Shown here: piece after piece, positions 8,567 through 18,988 of the stretch | How positions within the stretch are numbered: position 1 is the first letter of the stretch | Layout of the letters: every line of letters begins with the position of its first letter | Assembly (NCBI GenBank): GCA_050728815.1 | Contig: JBOHKB010000371.1 | Span: forward strand, 1-54,749 | Length of the DNA: 54,749 bases | Reading direction: 5' to 3' | DNA from: Propylenella sp. | GTDB taxonomy: Bacteria > Pseudomonadota > Alphaproteobacteria > Rhizobiales > Afifellaceae | The notes under the pieces: model-generated | Told to the model about the DNA's origin: nothing | The model's input: only the letters and a program-made list of their open reading frames with translations | Databases searched by the model: none | Made by a program: the position numbers and the translations under genes

Positions 8567-11026
8567 GTGGCGGCCGGCCGCGGTTTGACGGCGGCGCGAA
8601 AATGCGGTCTTGCTTGCTGCGACTTCGAACTGCTTCGGGGAACGCGAGTGTCGAGCGAATCAGGGATCGGCGCCTCGGGCGCGCACCACGCGCTTCCGCC
8701 CCGAAAGCTGCACAATCTCGCCTTCGGGGTTGAGCGGATCGGCCTGATTTCGCTGCGCGCGCCGCTGCTCAGCTTTCTGATCCTCGTCGCGCTCGCGATC
8801 GGCGCGGCGTTCGGGGTCGCCCGCATCCAGGTCGACGATTCGCTGAGCCAGCTCTTTCGCTCCGACACCGCCGAATTCCGCCAGTTCGAGGAGGTGACGC
8901 GGCGGTTCCCGTCGAGCGAGTTCGACGTCCTGATCGTGGTGGAGGGCGACCGGCTGCTTGCACGCGACACCGTGGAGGGCCTGCGCAACCTCGTCGTCGA
9001 CCTGCAGCTGATCGAAGGGCCGCGCGGCATCATCTCGATGTTCTCGGCGCGCACGCCGCCCGAGAACGGCAGCCTTCCCGGTCCCCTCTTCCCCGACACT
9101 CTGCCGGAAGGCGCCGAATGGGATGCCCTCATCGACCGGGTGCTCGCGAACGAGATCCTGCGCGGCAAGCTGCTCTCGGAGGACGGCAAGCTGACGCTCG
9201 TGGTGCTCGCGCTCGAGCCCGCCATTGTCGGCACGCCGCAGCTCAGCGACGTGGTGGAGGAGATCCGCGAGACGATCGCGTTCGACCTCGGCGGCACGGG
9301 TGTCAGCGCGCAGCTCGCCGGCATCCCGATCATGCAGCTCGAAATCCGCAATGCGGTCGAGCGCGACCGGCTGATCTACAACGCCTTCGGCTTCGCCGCC
9401 GGCTGCCTGATCGCCATCGTGTTCTTCCGCCGCGTCTCCTTCATGATCATCGCGGCGGGACCGCCGCTGATCGCCATCCTCTTGGCGCTCGGCGCGCTCG
9501 GCTGGCTCGGCTTCCAGCTCAACATGTTCCTGAACGTGATGACGCCGCTGATCATGGTCATCAGCTTCGCCGATTCCATGCAGCTCACGTTCGCGGCGCG
9601 CGACCGGCTGCTCGCCGGCGAGGACAAATACACCGCCTTCCGCAACGCCATCCTGGTGGTCGGCCCGGCCTGCGTGCTCACGCACTGCACCGCCGGGCTC
9701 TCCTTCGTCGCGCTGATGTTTTCGAGCTCGCACCTGATCCGCACGTTCGGCGAGGCAGGGTTGACGGCGACCGTCATCGCGCTCCTCGGCGTCTTGATGC
9801 TGGTGCCGCTGCTCGGCGTGCTCCTGATCCGTAACGAGGCGAGCTTCGCCGCCAAGGTCCGCGTGTCGGACACCGGGGTCATCGCGCTCCGCCGCTTTTG
9901 CGGCTGGGTGGCGCGGCAGATGGTGAGCCGGCCGGGCCTCTACACGCTGATCAGCGTGCTTTTCGTCGGCGGGCTGGCGGTGGTCTACGCTACACTCGAG
10001 CCCCGCTACCGGCTCGCCGACCAGGTGCCCGACCGCGAACAGGCCGTGGCGGCGAGCGGCCGGCTCGACGCCAAGCTGACCGGCGCGAACCCGATCGACA
10101 TCCTGATCGAGTTCCCGGCCGGAGCAGACCTCTACAGCGAGGAGACGCTCGACACGATCGGCGACGTACATACGGTGGTCGAGAAGCAGGCGGGCGTCGG
10201 CAACGTCTGGTCGCCGGAGACGCTCAGGCGCTGGCTCCGGGAGAAGGCCAGCATCACCGACATCGCCATTCTGAAACAATATGTCGACTTCCTGCCCGAG
10301 CACCTGACCCGCCGCTTCGTGTCAGCGGAGCAGGACGCCGTGGTCGTGTCCGGGCGAATCCCCGACGTCGACGCGAGCGAGCTTCTGCCGGTCATCGAGG
10401 AACTGGACGAGGCGCTGAACGCGGTCAGGACCGCGCATCCCGGCTACAGGCTTTCCGTCACCGGGCTCTCGGCGATCGCGGCGCGGAACAGCGCCGACAT
10501 GATCGGCAAGCTGAACCGCGCCCTCACCGTCGAGATCATCTTCGTCGCCGCCTTCATCGGCCTCGCCTTCCGCTCCGTTCTCGTCATGCTAGCCAGCATC
10601 ATGCCCGGCATCTTCCCGGTGGTTCTCTCTGGCACCGTGCTGTGGATCATGGGCGAGGGGCTGCAATTCGCGAGCGTCGTGGCGCTGGTCGTCTCCTTTG
10701 GCCTCGGCTTGAGCGCGACGATCCATTTCCTGAACCGCCTCAGACTCGAAGACCGGCCGGAAGCCGACCCGGGCGTAGGGGTCGAGCGTGCGACCGTGCT
10801 CGTCGGGCCGGCGCTCATCCTGACTTCGGTGGTGCTCGCCTGCGGGCTCGCCGTGACGGTGCTCTCCGACCTTCCGTCGCTCCGGCTGTTCGGATGGCTC
10901 GCCGCCTTCGCGATGATCGCGGCGCTGGCAGCGGACCTGTTGATCCTCCGGCCAACGGCGATGTTCCTCTACCGGCTCGGCAGGAGACTGAGACAGGAGC
11001 CGCCGGCGCCCCAGGCGGCCGAGTAG
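8567..11026 (+). CDS. MMPL/RND-superfamily membrane transporter (HpnN-like lipid/hopanoid-type exporter)
   Basis: 819-aa track ORF. It has two 6-TM bundles separated by large soluble loops and duplicated GIPIMQLEI.. / GLSAIAARN.. segments. The exact start is uncertain. Confidence 0.75.
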   Translation: MAAGRGLTAARKCGLACCDFELLRGTRVSSESGIGASGAHHALPPRKLHNLAFGVERIGLISLRAPLLSFLILVALAIGAAFGVARIQVDDSLSQLFRSDTAEFRQFEEVTRRFPSSEFDVLIVVEGDRLLARDTVEGLRNLVVDLQLIEGPRGIISMFSARTPPENGSLPGPLFPDTLPEGAEWDALIDRVLANEILRGKLLSEDGKLTLVVLALEPAIVGTPQLSDVVEEIRETIAFDLGGTGVSAQLAGIPIMQLEIRNAVERDRLIYNAFGFAAGCLIAIVFFRRVSFMIIAAGPPLIAILLALGALGWLGFQLNMFLNVMTPLIMVISFADSMQLTFAARDRLLAGEDKYTAFRNAILVVGPACVLTHCTAGLSFVALMFSSSHLIRTFGEAGLTATVIALLGVLMLVPLLGVLLIRNEASFAAKVRVSDTGVIALRRFCGWVARQMVSRPGLYTLISVLFVGGLAVVYATLEPRYRLADQVPDREQAVAASGRLDAKLTGANPIDILIEFPAGADLYSEETLDTIGDVHTVVEKQAGVGNVWSPETLRRWLREKASITDIAILKQYVDFLPEHLTRRFVSAEQDAVVVSGRIPDVDASELLPVIEELDEALNAVRTAHPGYRLSVTGLSAIAARNSADMIGKLNRALTVEIIFVAAFIGLAFRSVLVMLASIMPGIFPVVLSGTVLWIMGEGLQFASVVALVVSFGLGLSATIHFLNRLRLEDRPEADPGVGVERATVLVGPALILTSVVLACGLAVTVLSDLPSLRLFGWLAAFAMIAALAADLLILRPTAMFLYRLGRRLRQEPPAPQAAE

Positions 11027-11045
11027 GCGACGAAGCGCGGCCGGC

Positions 11046-11579
11046 TCAGGTCTTGCGGAGCTGGACCAGGACTTCCTTCACCTCGATGGCCGTCGGACGC
11101 AGCGAAACCGTCTGCTGCCCGCCGCTGGTCGTGACTTCCACCTGCACCGTCAGGTTCTGCGAGGTGGTCAGCACCCGCGCCTTGATCTTGTTGCTGCTGG
11201 CGCTGCCGGTGAGCGTGCCGGAGAGCCCGTAGCTTCCCTCGCTCCAATAGCCGTTGATAACGCCGGCGGCCGCCCGATAGGTGATGTCGCTCTTGATCTT
11301 GAGGGGCGCGCCGCCGCTCGCGAAGGCGCAGGTCAGGTCCTGTTTGATCTTGTTGCCGTCGTCGGTAACCTCGTACTTTGCGGTGCAGCGCATGCCCTCG
11401 GTCTGCCCGTTCGTGTAGATGATCGATCCGTCGCCGCGCCAGGAGCCATGCATTTGCGTAAAAAGCCCGGCGGCGGAGGCGGCGGGCGTCGGCGCGACCG
11501 AAGCGGCGGACAGGAAGACCGCAGCCACAAAAGCAACGGATTTCCCCGCGAAAGCACGGGCATCCCCTGGAAACGACAT
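11046..11579 (-). CDS. secreted beta-rich protein of unknown function
   Basis: Track ORF 11046..11843 trimmed to ATG at 11579. MSFPGDARAFAGKSVAFVAAVFLSAASVAPTPAASAAG looks like a signal peptide and the mature part is Ser/Thr/Gly-rich. Confidence 0.55.
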   Translation of the reverse strand: MSFPGDARAFAGKSVAFVAAVFLSAASVAPTPAASAAGLFTQMHGSWRGDGSIIYTNGQTEGMRCTAKYEVTDDGNKIKQDLTCAFASGGAPLKIKSDITYRAAAGVINGYWSEGSYGLSGTLTGSASSNKIKARVLTTSQNLTVQVEVTTSGGQQTVSLRPTAIEVKEVLVQLRKT

Positions 11580-11853
11580 GATATCCATCCCCATCTGTCT
11601 CAACCCCGCCGCCGCGCGAAGCAGCGTTCGGGCAGCCGATTGAACGCCCCGATTCCGAAAACCAGCCGATGACGCAGAAAGCCCCGGGCCCAGCCCGCGC
11701 GGCGCTTCCGGATCGATTCCGTCCATACGATAGACCGATCCTCCCCGCACGGGCAACACGGTTGCCATCGAAGCATTAAGGGGCGAAGAAGCGCCGCCAA
11801 AGCAGGGGCGGGCGGCCGACCGGCGACCCGGTTTGCGGTACATCGCGGCCGTG

Positions 11854-11882
11854 TGGACAGGCTCCGGGCGAGCCTATATAAA
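11854..11882 (+). promoter_or_regulatory. candidate sigma70-type promoter for tRNA-Phe (TGGACA-N17-TATAAA)
   Basis: tggaca at 11854-11859 and tataaa at 11877-11882, about 50 nt upstream of the tRNA. Pattern match only. Confidence 0.35.
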
Positions 11883-11933
11883 CCCGCGCGCCTTCATCCG
11901 GGCCCGGCTCAGCCACTGTCCGGCGGGAAGTCA

Positions 11934-12009
<76 letters not shown>

Positions 12010-12020
12010 TCTTTTTCTTC

Positions 12021-12048
12021 AAAGTCTCAGTCGTTTAGTTGAGACTTT
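12021..12048. repeat. 9-bp perfect inverted repeat (aaagtctca N10 tgagacttt) 11 nt after the tRNA CCA end
   Basis: Read directly. There is no downstream T-tract, so it is not a canonical terminator. It may be a recombinase or att-associated site. Confidence 0.5.
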
Positions 12049-12216
12049 ACTCGGAAACGAAACCGCGCCCGTCTTCCGTGGTACTGCGGTGGTACCATCT
12101 CGCTGCCCGAAATCCTCCGTTGCCTCATCACGAAAGTCGCTCAACCGAAGGTCGCCCAACGACGCCCATTCGAGTATCGATGTGCCCTGAGCAACCCACG
12201 CGGACACGGGGATCGC

Positions 12217-14577
12217 GTGGAGTGGATGGGGGACACGCTGTTGGATAAGAAGAGCCTCAGCGAAAGCGACATTTGCGATCTCTTCATCTCGCCGTCGATC
12301 AGAGGCGCCGGATGGGATCCGGTGACGCAGATACGTCGCGAAGTCACCCTCGCGCCAGGGCCCGTCACAGTCCGCGGCAATGTCGCAAGCCGCAACAAGA
12401 AGAAGCGCAAGTTCGCGGACTACGTCCTATACAAGGAGCCCGGCGTCCCGATTGCCGTCGTCGAGGCCAAGGACAATCACCATACGGTCAGTCAAGGTCT
12501 CCAGCAGGCCCTTGGCTATGCCGAGCTACTAGGCGTTCCAAGCGCCTTTAGCTCCAACGGCGACGCCTTTGCCTCGCACAACAAAGTGCCCGCGCCCGGC
12601 GAGGACATCGAGACACCGTTTCCACTCGACGCATTCCCGGTCTCGGCACTCCTCTGGCAACGCTACAAGGCCCACCGGGGCATCGAGGATAAAGAAGAGC
12701 CGCTGGTCCTTCAGCCCTTCCATGAGGATGCCTCCGGCAAGGAACCGCGCTACTATCAAGCGGACGCGATCAACCGCGTGATCGAGGCGGTCGCGGGCGG
12801 CCAGGATCGCGTCTTGCTGGTCATGGCCACGGGGACCGGCAAGACCTACACGACGTTTCAGATCATCTGGCGGCTATGGAAGGCCGGGGTGATCAAACGT
12901 GCGCTCTTCCTTGCCGATCGCAACATTCTCATCGACCAGGCCCTGATCAACGACTTCAAGCCGTTCGGCGGGGCCATGACCAAGGTCACCGGGCACAAGT
13001 TCGATCCAGCCTACGAAATCGACTTGGCGCTCTATCAGGCCATCACCGGAACGGAGGAGGAGGACAAGGCCTTCAAGACCCTGTCGCGCGACTTCTTCGA
13101 TCTCGTCGTCATCGACGAGTGCCACCGCGGCAGCGCCGCTGAGGACGCTCAATGGCGGGAGATTTTAGAGTATTTCTCGGGCGCAACGCAGATCGGAATG
13201 ACGGCGACGCCACGGGAAACCAAATACGTTTCCAACATCGGCTACTTCGGCGAGCCGGTCTACACCTACAGCCTCAAGCAAGGGATCGAGGACGGGTTCC
13301 TGGCGCCCTACAAGGTCATCCGTATCGACATCGACAAGGATGTCGAGGGGTGGACGCCTCCACCGGGCATGACGGACGATCTCGGCCGGGAGGTGCCCGA
13401 GCGCGAGTACAATCAAGCCGACATGGATCGGATTCTTGTACTCAACCAGCGCACGCGCCTGGTTGCCCGGCGCGTCATGCAGTACCTCAACGCCACCGAT
13501 CCTTTCGCCAAGACCATTATCTTCTGCGAGGACATCGATCATGCCGAACGCATGCGCGCGGCGATCGTAAACGAGGCCGGCGCGCTTGCGATCGATCACC
13601 CGAAATATGTCATGCGCATCACCGGCGACAGTACGGAAGGAAAGGCGGAACTGGACAACTTCATCGATCCGGAGAGCCGGTTTCCCGTCATCGCGACGAC
13701 CTCCGAGCTGCTGACCACCGGCGTCGACGCGCGAACCTGCAAGCTGATCGTTCTCGACAAGACGATCAACTCGATGACCACGTTCAAGCAGATCATCGGT
13801 CGCGGCACGCGCATCCTGGAGGAGTACAACAAGTTCTTCTTCACGATCATGGATTTCAAGAAGGCGACCACGCTGTTCAGCGACCCGGACTTCGACGGAG
13901 AGCCGGTCGTCATTTATGAGCCAGGAGATGACGACGACCCGGTACCGCCCGATCCAGTCGGAGACGAGAGCGACGAGGACGACAACGAGGAGACGGGCTT
14001 CGGCGAGGGCGAGCAGAAGATCTTTGTCAGCGGCGTTCCCACCCGTATCTTGGCAGAGCGTGTCGAGTATATCGGACCCGACGGACAGCTCATCACGGAG
14101 TCCTACCGGGAGTTCGCAAAGAAGCAGGTCGAGGCCGAGTTCGCCTCGCTAGATGATTTTGTGCGCCGATGGAACGCGGCGGATCGAAAGCGCGCCATCA
14201 TCGACGAGCTCGAAGAGCATGGCGTTCTTTTCGAAAACCTTGCCGCGGAGGTCGGCAAGGATTTTGATCCCTTCGATCTCGTCCTTCACGCCGCCTGGGA
14301 CCAGCGACCTTTGACGCGCAAGGAACGCGCCGAGAAGGTCCGCAAGCGCAACTACTTCGCCAAATACGGCGAGACGGCGCGTGCGGTGCTCGAAGGTCTA
14401 CTGGAAAAATATCAGGACGAAGGCGTCATCGATTTGTCTGATCCGAACGTGCTGCGAATCGCGCCATTCGATCGTATCGGCACCCCGGTTCAGCTTGTGA
14501 AGCAGTTCGGCTCAAAAGCAGACTTCGAGAACGCCGTGCATGAGTTGCAGGCGGCGCTTTACAGGGAAGCGGGATAG
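12217..14577 (+). CDS. hsdR: type I restriction enzyme R subunit (EcoEI/type IB-like C-terminus)
   Basis: 786 aa. N-terminal nuclease region ADYVLYKEPGVPIAVVEAKD, helicase motifs LLVMATGTGKTYT and VVIDECHRGSA, and a C-terminal region FVRRWNAADRKRAIIDELEEHG. Confidence 0.9.
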   Translation: MEWMGDTLLDKKSLSESDICDLFISPSIRGAGWDPVTQIRREVTLAPGPVTVRGNVASRNKKKRKFADYVLYKEPGVPIAVVEAKDNHHTVSQGLQQALGYAELLGVPSAFSSNGDAFASHNKVPAPGEDIETPFPLDAFPVSALLWQRYKAHRGIEDKEEPLVLQPFHEDASGKEPRYYQADAINRVIEAVAGGQDRVLLVMATGTGKTYTTFQIIWRLWKAGVIKRALFLADRNILIDQALINDFKPFGGAMTKVTGHKFDPAYEIDLALYQAITGTEEEDKAFKTLSRDFFDLVVIDECHRGSAAEDAQWREILEYFSGATQIGMTATPRETKYVSNIGYFGEPVYTYSLKQGIEDGFLAPYKVIRIDIDKDVEGWTPPPGMTDDLGREVPEREYNQADMDRILVLNQRTRLVARRVMQYLNATDPFAKTIIFCEDIDHAERMRAAIVNEAGALAIDHPKYVMRITGDSTEGKAELDNFIDPESRFPVIATTSELLTTGVDARTCKLIVLDKTINSMTTFKQIIGRGTRILEEYNKFFFTIMDFKKATTLFSDPDFDGEPVVIYEPGDDDDPVPPDPVGDESDEDDNEETGFGEGEQKIFVSGVPTRILAERVEYIGPDGQLITESYREFAKKQVEAEFASLDDFVRRWNAADRKRAIIDELEEHGVLFENLAAEVGKDFDPFDLVLHAAWDQRPLTRKERAEKVRKRNYFAKYGETARAVLEGLLEKYQDEGVIDLSDPNVLRIAPFDRIGTPVQLVKQFGSKADFENAVHELQAALYREAG

Positions 14578-14579
14578 GC

Positions 14580-16037
14580 ATGTCGGTCAGGACACTCGTC
14601 AAATCGATCCAAGACATCATGCGCAAGGACGCGGGCGTCGATGGCGATGCCCAGCGCATATCGCAGCTCTGCTGGATGTTCTTCCTCAAAATCCTCGATG
14701 ATCAGGAGCAGGAACGCGAGCTGTTCGATGACGCATACGCGTCTCCCGTTCCCGCTGGCCGGCGCTGGCGCGACTGGGCTGCCGACCCGGAGGGGATCAC
14801 TGGAGATGCCCTGCTGGATTTCGTCAACACTGACTTGTTCCCGACTCTGAAGACGTTGGAAATAGGTGGGGCTGGCGGCGGAAAGCGAGCGGTCGTCCGG
14901 GGCGTTTTCGAGGACGCCTACAACTACATGAAATCGGGCCAGTTGCTGCGCCAGGTCGTGAACAAGATCGGAGGAATCGATTTCAACGATCTGACGCAAC
15001 GGCAGCATTTTGGCGATATCTACGAGCAGATCCTGAACGACCTGCAAAGTGCCGGCAATGCCGGCGAGTACTACACGCCGCGCGCGGTCACCGCCTTCAT
15101 GGCGGATCGGATCGATCCCAGGCCCGGCGAGGTTCTGCTCGATCCGGCCTGCGGCACCGGCGGCTTCCTGACCTGCGCGATGCGGCACATGCGCGATCGC
15201 TATGTGAAGCGTCCCGAAGGCGAAGGCCTGATGCAGGCGAGCTTGCGTGCCGTGGAGAAGAAGCAGCTGCCGCACATGCTGTGCGTGACGAATATGCTGC
15301 TGCACGGGATCGAAGTGCCGAGTTTCGTTCGCCACGACAACACCCTGGCTCGACCGTACGCGGACTACGGCCCCGCAGACAGAGTGGACATCGTCCTCAC
15401 CAACCCCCCTTTCGGAGGCCAGGAAGAGCCAGGGATCGAAAACAACTTCCCGACTCAATTTCGCACACGCGAGACCGCTGATCTTTTTCTTGCTCTCATC
15501 GTCCGCTTGTTGAAGCCGAACGGTCGCGCCGCGGTGGTGCTGCCGGACGGCACGCTGTTCGGCGAAGGCGTCAAGACGCGACTGAAAGACCACCTGATGG
15601 CGGAGTGCAACCTGCACACCATCGTCCGCCTGCCCAATTCGGTGTTCAGGCCATACGCCTCGATCGGCACGAATCTCCTGTTCTTCGAGAAGGGCTATCC
15701 GACGAAAGACATCTGGTTCTGGGAGCATCGCGTTCCGCAAGGCCAGAAAGCCTATTCGATGACGAAGCCGATCCGCTTCGAGCATCTGCAAGGCTGCGTC
15801 GACTGGTGGGGCGGTAAGACCCGCAAAGGACGCGAGGAAGGCCCGTTCGCCTGGAAGGTCACGGCCGAGGAGGTGAAGGCGCGCGGTTACAACCTTGACA
15901 TCAAAAACCCGCACACGATTGAGGACGATCACGGCCAGCCCGAGGAGTTGCTCGCCAGGCTCACCACCGCCGAGGCCGAGACGGCGCGCCTGCGCGACCA
16001 GTTGAAGGCGATCCTCGCGGAGGCGCTCGCGCGATGA
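14580..16037 (+). CDS. hsdM: type I R-M N6-adenine DNA methyltransferase subunit
   Basis: 485 aa. GEYYTPRAV, LDPACGTGGFL and VLTNPPFGG (NPPF catalytic motif). Confidence 0.92.
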   Translation: MSVRTLVKSIQDIMRKDAGVDGDAQRISQLCWMFFLKILDDQEQERELFDDAYASPVPAGRRWRDWAADPEGITGDALLDFVNTDLFPTLKTLEIGGAGGGKRAVVRGVFEDAYNYMKSGQLLRQVVNKIGGIDFNDLTQRQHFGDIYEQILNDLQSAGNAGEYYTPRAVTAFMADRIDPRPGEVLLDPACGTGGFLTCAMRHMRDRYVKRPEGEGLMQASLRAVEKKQLPHMLCVTNMLLHGIEVPSFVRHDNTLARPYADYGPADRVDIVLTNPPFGGQEEPGIENNFPTQFRTRETADLFLALIVRLLKPNGRAAVVLPDGTLFGEGVKTRLKDHLMAECNLHTIVRLPNSVFRPYASIGTNLLFFEKGYPTKDIWFWEHRVPQGQKAYSMTKPIRFEHLQGCVDWWGGKTRKGREEGPFAWKVTAEEVKARGYNLDIKNPHTIEDDHGQPEELLARLTTAEAETARLRDQLKAILAEALAR

Positions 16038-17722
16038 ACGCCGAACGCCTGCTCACTCTGTACGAGAAGATCGCCGACGCGCCGGACGCGATTCCGCGGC
16101 TGCGCCGCTTCGTGCTCGATCTGGCGGTGCGCGGCAAGCTCGTGCCGCAAGACCCGAGCGAGGAACCGGCTTCGGAACTACTGAAGCAGATCGCCGCCGA
16201 GAAGGCGCGGCTGGTGAAGGCGGGAAAGATCAGGAAGCCCAAGACGCGTCCTGCCGTTGATGAAGCTCCTTTCGGCGTTCCTAACGCATGGCGATGGACG
16301 CGCATCCGCGAAATCACCAGCGATCGAGGGCAGATAGTTCCCGATGCTAAGTTCACTTACATCGATGTGACAGCTATCGACAAAGAGAAAGGGATCGTTG
16401 CCGAACCGAAAGTGCTATCGGCAAGCGAAGCACCAAGTCGGGCGCGAAAAATCACGCGCAAGGGCGACGTGATATATTCCTGCGTTCGCCCCTACCTTTT
16501 GAATGTTGCGGTAATCGAGGAGGATTTCGAACCGGCACCCATTGCCAGCACGGCCTTCGCTATCCTCGATGGTTATGGGCTGGTTCTTCCGCATTATCTT
16601 TGGATTGTCCTCCGCAGTCCGTTTATGGTCGAGTGCGTCGAAGCAAACATGCGCGGCCAGGCATATCCCGCCATCAACGACGCCGATTTCGCGGTTCTGC
16701 CCTTTCCGATTCCACCGCTCGCCGAACAACACCGCATCGTCGCCAAGGTCGATGAGTTGATGGCGCTATGCGACCGGCTGGAGGCCGCGCGGCAGACGCG
16801 CGAGGCGACGCGCGACCGGCTCACGGCGGCGAGCCTCGCCCGCCTCAACGCGCCCGATCCCGACACCTTCCGCGACGACGCGCGCTTTGCGCTCGACGCC
16901 CTGCCGGCGCTCACCGCGCGCGCCGATCAGATCAGGCAGTTGCGCCAGACCATCCTCAACCTCGCGGTCCGTGGCAAGCTGGCGCCGCAGGACCCGAAGG
17001 ACGAGCCAGCGTCGGAACTGCTGAGCCGGATTGCGGCAGAGTTTGAGCGACTTGTTCGAGATGGCGTGCTAAATAAGCCAAAGCCAGTCAAGGCCATCAC
17101 GGACGATGATCAGCTCTTTCCGCTTCCGCCTCAATGGGCGTTGGCTCGCTTCAATCAAGTCGCGTCAATCCAGTCGAACTTGGTCGATCCGAAGCGATAC
17201 AAGGAGATGCCTCACATTGCTCCTGACAACATCGAAGGATGGACCGCGAGGCTTCTGCCATATGTTTCGATCGGAGAGGCTGGCGTATTCAGCGGAAAGC
17301 ATCTCTTTTCAGCCGGTGCAATCCTTTATTCAAAAATACGCCCAAATCTTGCGAAGGTGACGAAGATCGATTTTGATGGCCTTTGCAGCGCGGACATGTA
17401 TCCAATCCACGCGCTGATCGACGCCGACTTCCTCGTGAAATTCATGATTACACCGGCCTTCGTCTCGCAGGCCGTGAGCGAGGACAATCGCGTGGCTATG
17501 CCGAAGATCAATCAAGCGGCATTGTCGGACATCTTTGTGCCTGTCCCGCCGGCCGCCGAGCAACACCGCATCGTGGCCAAGGTCGATGAGCTGTTGGCGC
17601 TATGCGACCGGCTGGAGGCGAGCCTCGCCGCCGACGACGAAACCCGCCGCCTCCTGTTCAAAGCCCTCCTCGCCGAGGCGTTCGCGCCGGCCGACGCGCG
17701 CGAACTGGAGGCGGCGGAATGA
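16034..17722 (+). CDS. hsdS: type I R-M specificity subunit with two target-recognition domains
   Basis: 562 aa, start overlapping the hsdM stop (ATGA). Conserved regions are duplicated: LAEQHRIVAKVDELMALCDRLEA / AAEQHRIVAKVDELLALCDRLEA, and LAVRGKLVPQDPSEEPASELL / LAVRGKLAPQDPKDEPASELL. Confidence 0.9.
   Translation: MNAERLLTLYEKIADAPDAIPRLRRFVLDLAVRGKLVPQDPSEEPASELLKQIAAEKARLVKAGKIRKPKTRPAVDEAPFGVPNAWRWTRIREITSDRGQIVPDAKFTYIDVTAIDKEKGIVAEPKVLSASEAPSRARKITRKGDVIYSCVRPYLLNVAVIEEDFEPAPIASTAFAILDGYGLVLPHYLWIVLRSPFMVECVEANMRGQAYPAINDADFAVLPFPIPPLAEQHRIVAKVDELMALCDRLEAARQTREATRDRLTAASLARLNAPDPDTFRDDARFALDALPALTARADQIRQLRQTILNLAVRGKLAPQDPKDEPASELLSRIAAEFERLVRDGVLNKPKPVKAITDDDQLFPLPPQWALARFNQVASIQSNLVDPKRYKEMPHIAPDNIEGWTARLLPYVSIGEAGVFSGKHLFSAGAILYSKIRPNLAKVTKIDFDGLCSADMYPIHALIDADFLVKFMITPAFVSQAVSEDNRVAMPKINQAALSDIFVPVPPAAEQHRIVAKVDELLALCDRLEASLAADDETRRLLFKALLAEAFAPADARELEAAE
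16721..16785 (+). repeat. hsdS conserved-region direct repeat, copy 1 of 2
   Basis: 61/65 nt identical to 17555-17619 by hand alignment. A second, more diverged 87-nt pair lies at 16115-16201 and 16955-17041. Confidence 0.85.
17555..17619 (+). repeat. hsdS conserved-region direct repeat, copy 2 of 2
   Basis: See copy 1 (16721-16785). Confidence 0.85.
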
Positions 17723-17852
17723 TTCCGCTGCTTGAGACAACGCCAAGGCCCCCAATCCTACTGGGCAGAGAGGATTCCGTGTCGGAGGATGAACGCCGCG
17801 CACTCCCGAGGTCTACAATCGTCAATGCTGACGACCACCGCGTCTGGGCCTC

Positions 17853-18953
17853 CTATCCCGTGGGCTGCAACCGTTCGACCATCCGCATCAGACGTTCCAA
17901 TCTATCATCGTTAACCTCGCTCCTTCCGGCATTGCGGACGAGTTCCCCCTGACGATGAAGCGGGACGTGACCATAGCTCGTGAGAGTCGTGAGCATGTTC
18001 TCGTGGCCCAGGTTCTGTGACCAGGCCTTCAGCAGCTCTGCATCGCCGCGGCAGATGCGCTGGCCCAGGATCGCCAGCGTAGAGCGAAAGCTGTGGGGTG
18101 TGAAATAGGGTAGCCCGGCGGCGTCGAAGGCTTCCCTGAAGATCGCTCGGATTGGCGCGGCGGATGCCCAGAACACGGGCTCCACACCATCTGTTGCGAA
18201 GATCATCTCCTCGTTCGGCGCCACCTTGGTCCGGGGAAAGACCGGATCGTCTTCGCCGAACAGCCTTACCTCTCGAAGGTAGCGTACCCATTCGATGACG
18301 ATCTGCTCCAGCTCGTTGCCCACCGGGAAGAAGAAAGTGTCGATCCGCTTTGAGAATTTGGTCGCCACCTCGCGCGGGTCCTGAATGACCAGCCTGTCCT
18401 CTAGATTGATGTGCTTCACCCGCAGCGATGCCACGGCGCGGTCGCGCATGCCCGTCACGATGATGAACGTCACGAGCGCGCGATTGCGTCTCTCGACCTC
18501 GGTTTCAGTCGGCATTGACCTGATCGCGGTTGCTATTTGCTCAAGCGTTGGCACCCGCCGCGTGGCGGGCGCCTGGGCGGCGGCAACCTCCTTTCGCGAA
18601 AGGTTGAGATAGCGGATGTCGGCGGCCTGGAGCTTTCGCTTGAACCCCGGCTGGCCGACGAGCCAACGGAAGAACTCCTGGACGGCATTCAGTGTTGATA
18701 GAACCGTCGCATCGCTGAGCGGCTTTCCGGTTCGCTGGGCTCTGGAACGGGCCATGTGCTTCTTGAAACCCACGGCCTGTTCGCTGTTGAAGGTCCCGAA
18801 GTCGGCACAGTCGGTGAACTGCTCAAACCGTAAAACCGCTTTCCGGATGCCGTCGATTGTCGGCCGACTCTTTTGGTCGGCGTCCCTTAGAAGATCGAAG
18901 TAGGCCTTCTTGATTCGCTCGTTCTTGGCATTGTACCTGACCATGTCCGACAA
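17853..18953 (-). CDS. tyrosine recombinase / site-specific integrase
   Basis: 366 aa. C-terminal catalytic region TGMRDRAVASLRV...HSFRSTLAILGQ...LGHENMLTTLTSYGHV (R...HxxR...Y). Confidence 0.85.
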   Translation of the reverse strand: MSDMVRYNAKNERIKKAYFDLLRDADQKSRPTIDGIRKAVLRFEQFTDCADFGTFNSEQAVGFKKHMARSRAQRTGKPLSDATVLSTLNAVQEFFRWLVGQPGFKRKLQAADIRYLNLSRKEVAAAQAPATRRVPTLEQIATAIRSMPTETEVERRNRALVTFIIVTGMRDRAVASLRVKHINLEDRLVIQDPREVATKFSKRIDTFFFPVGNELEQIVIEWVRYLREVRLFGEDDPVFPRTKVAPNEEMIFATDGVEPVFWASAAPIRAIFREAFDAAGLPYFTPHSFRSTLAILGQRICRGDAELLKAWSQNLGHENMLTTLTSYGHVPLHRQGELVRNAGRSEVNDDRLERLMRMVERLQPTG

Positions 18954-18988
18954 CCTCTCTCGAAGTCACAATTCACGAAGGGTACGGC

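Noticed and set aside
8555-8575. GC hairpin ggccgcc-N7-ggcggcc after yacG as a terminator
   Set aside because: There is no T-tract, and it overlaps the possible start region of the next gene. Such GC palindromes are common in this composition.
17722-18953. The idea that the recombinase next to hsdS drives phase-variable hsdS shuffling
   Set aside because: I found no inverted or silent hsdS fragments (hsdS') and no inverted copies of the conserved hsdS repeats near the recombinase. It is more likely an island integrase.
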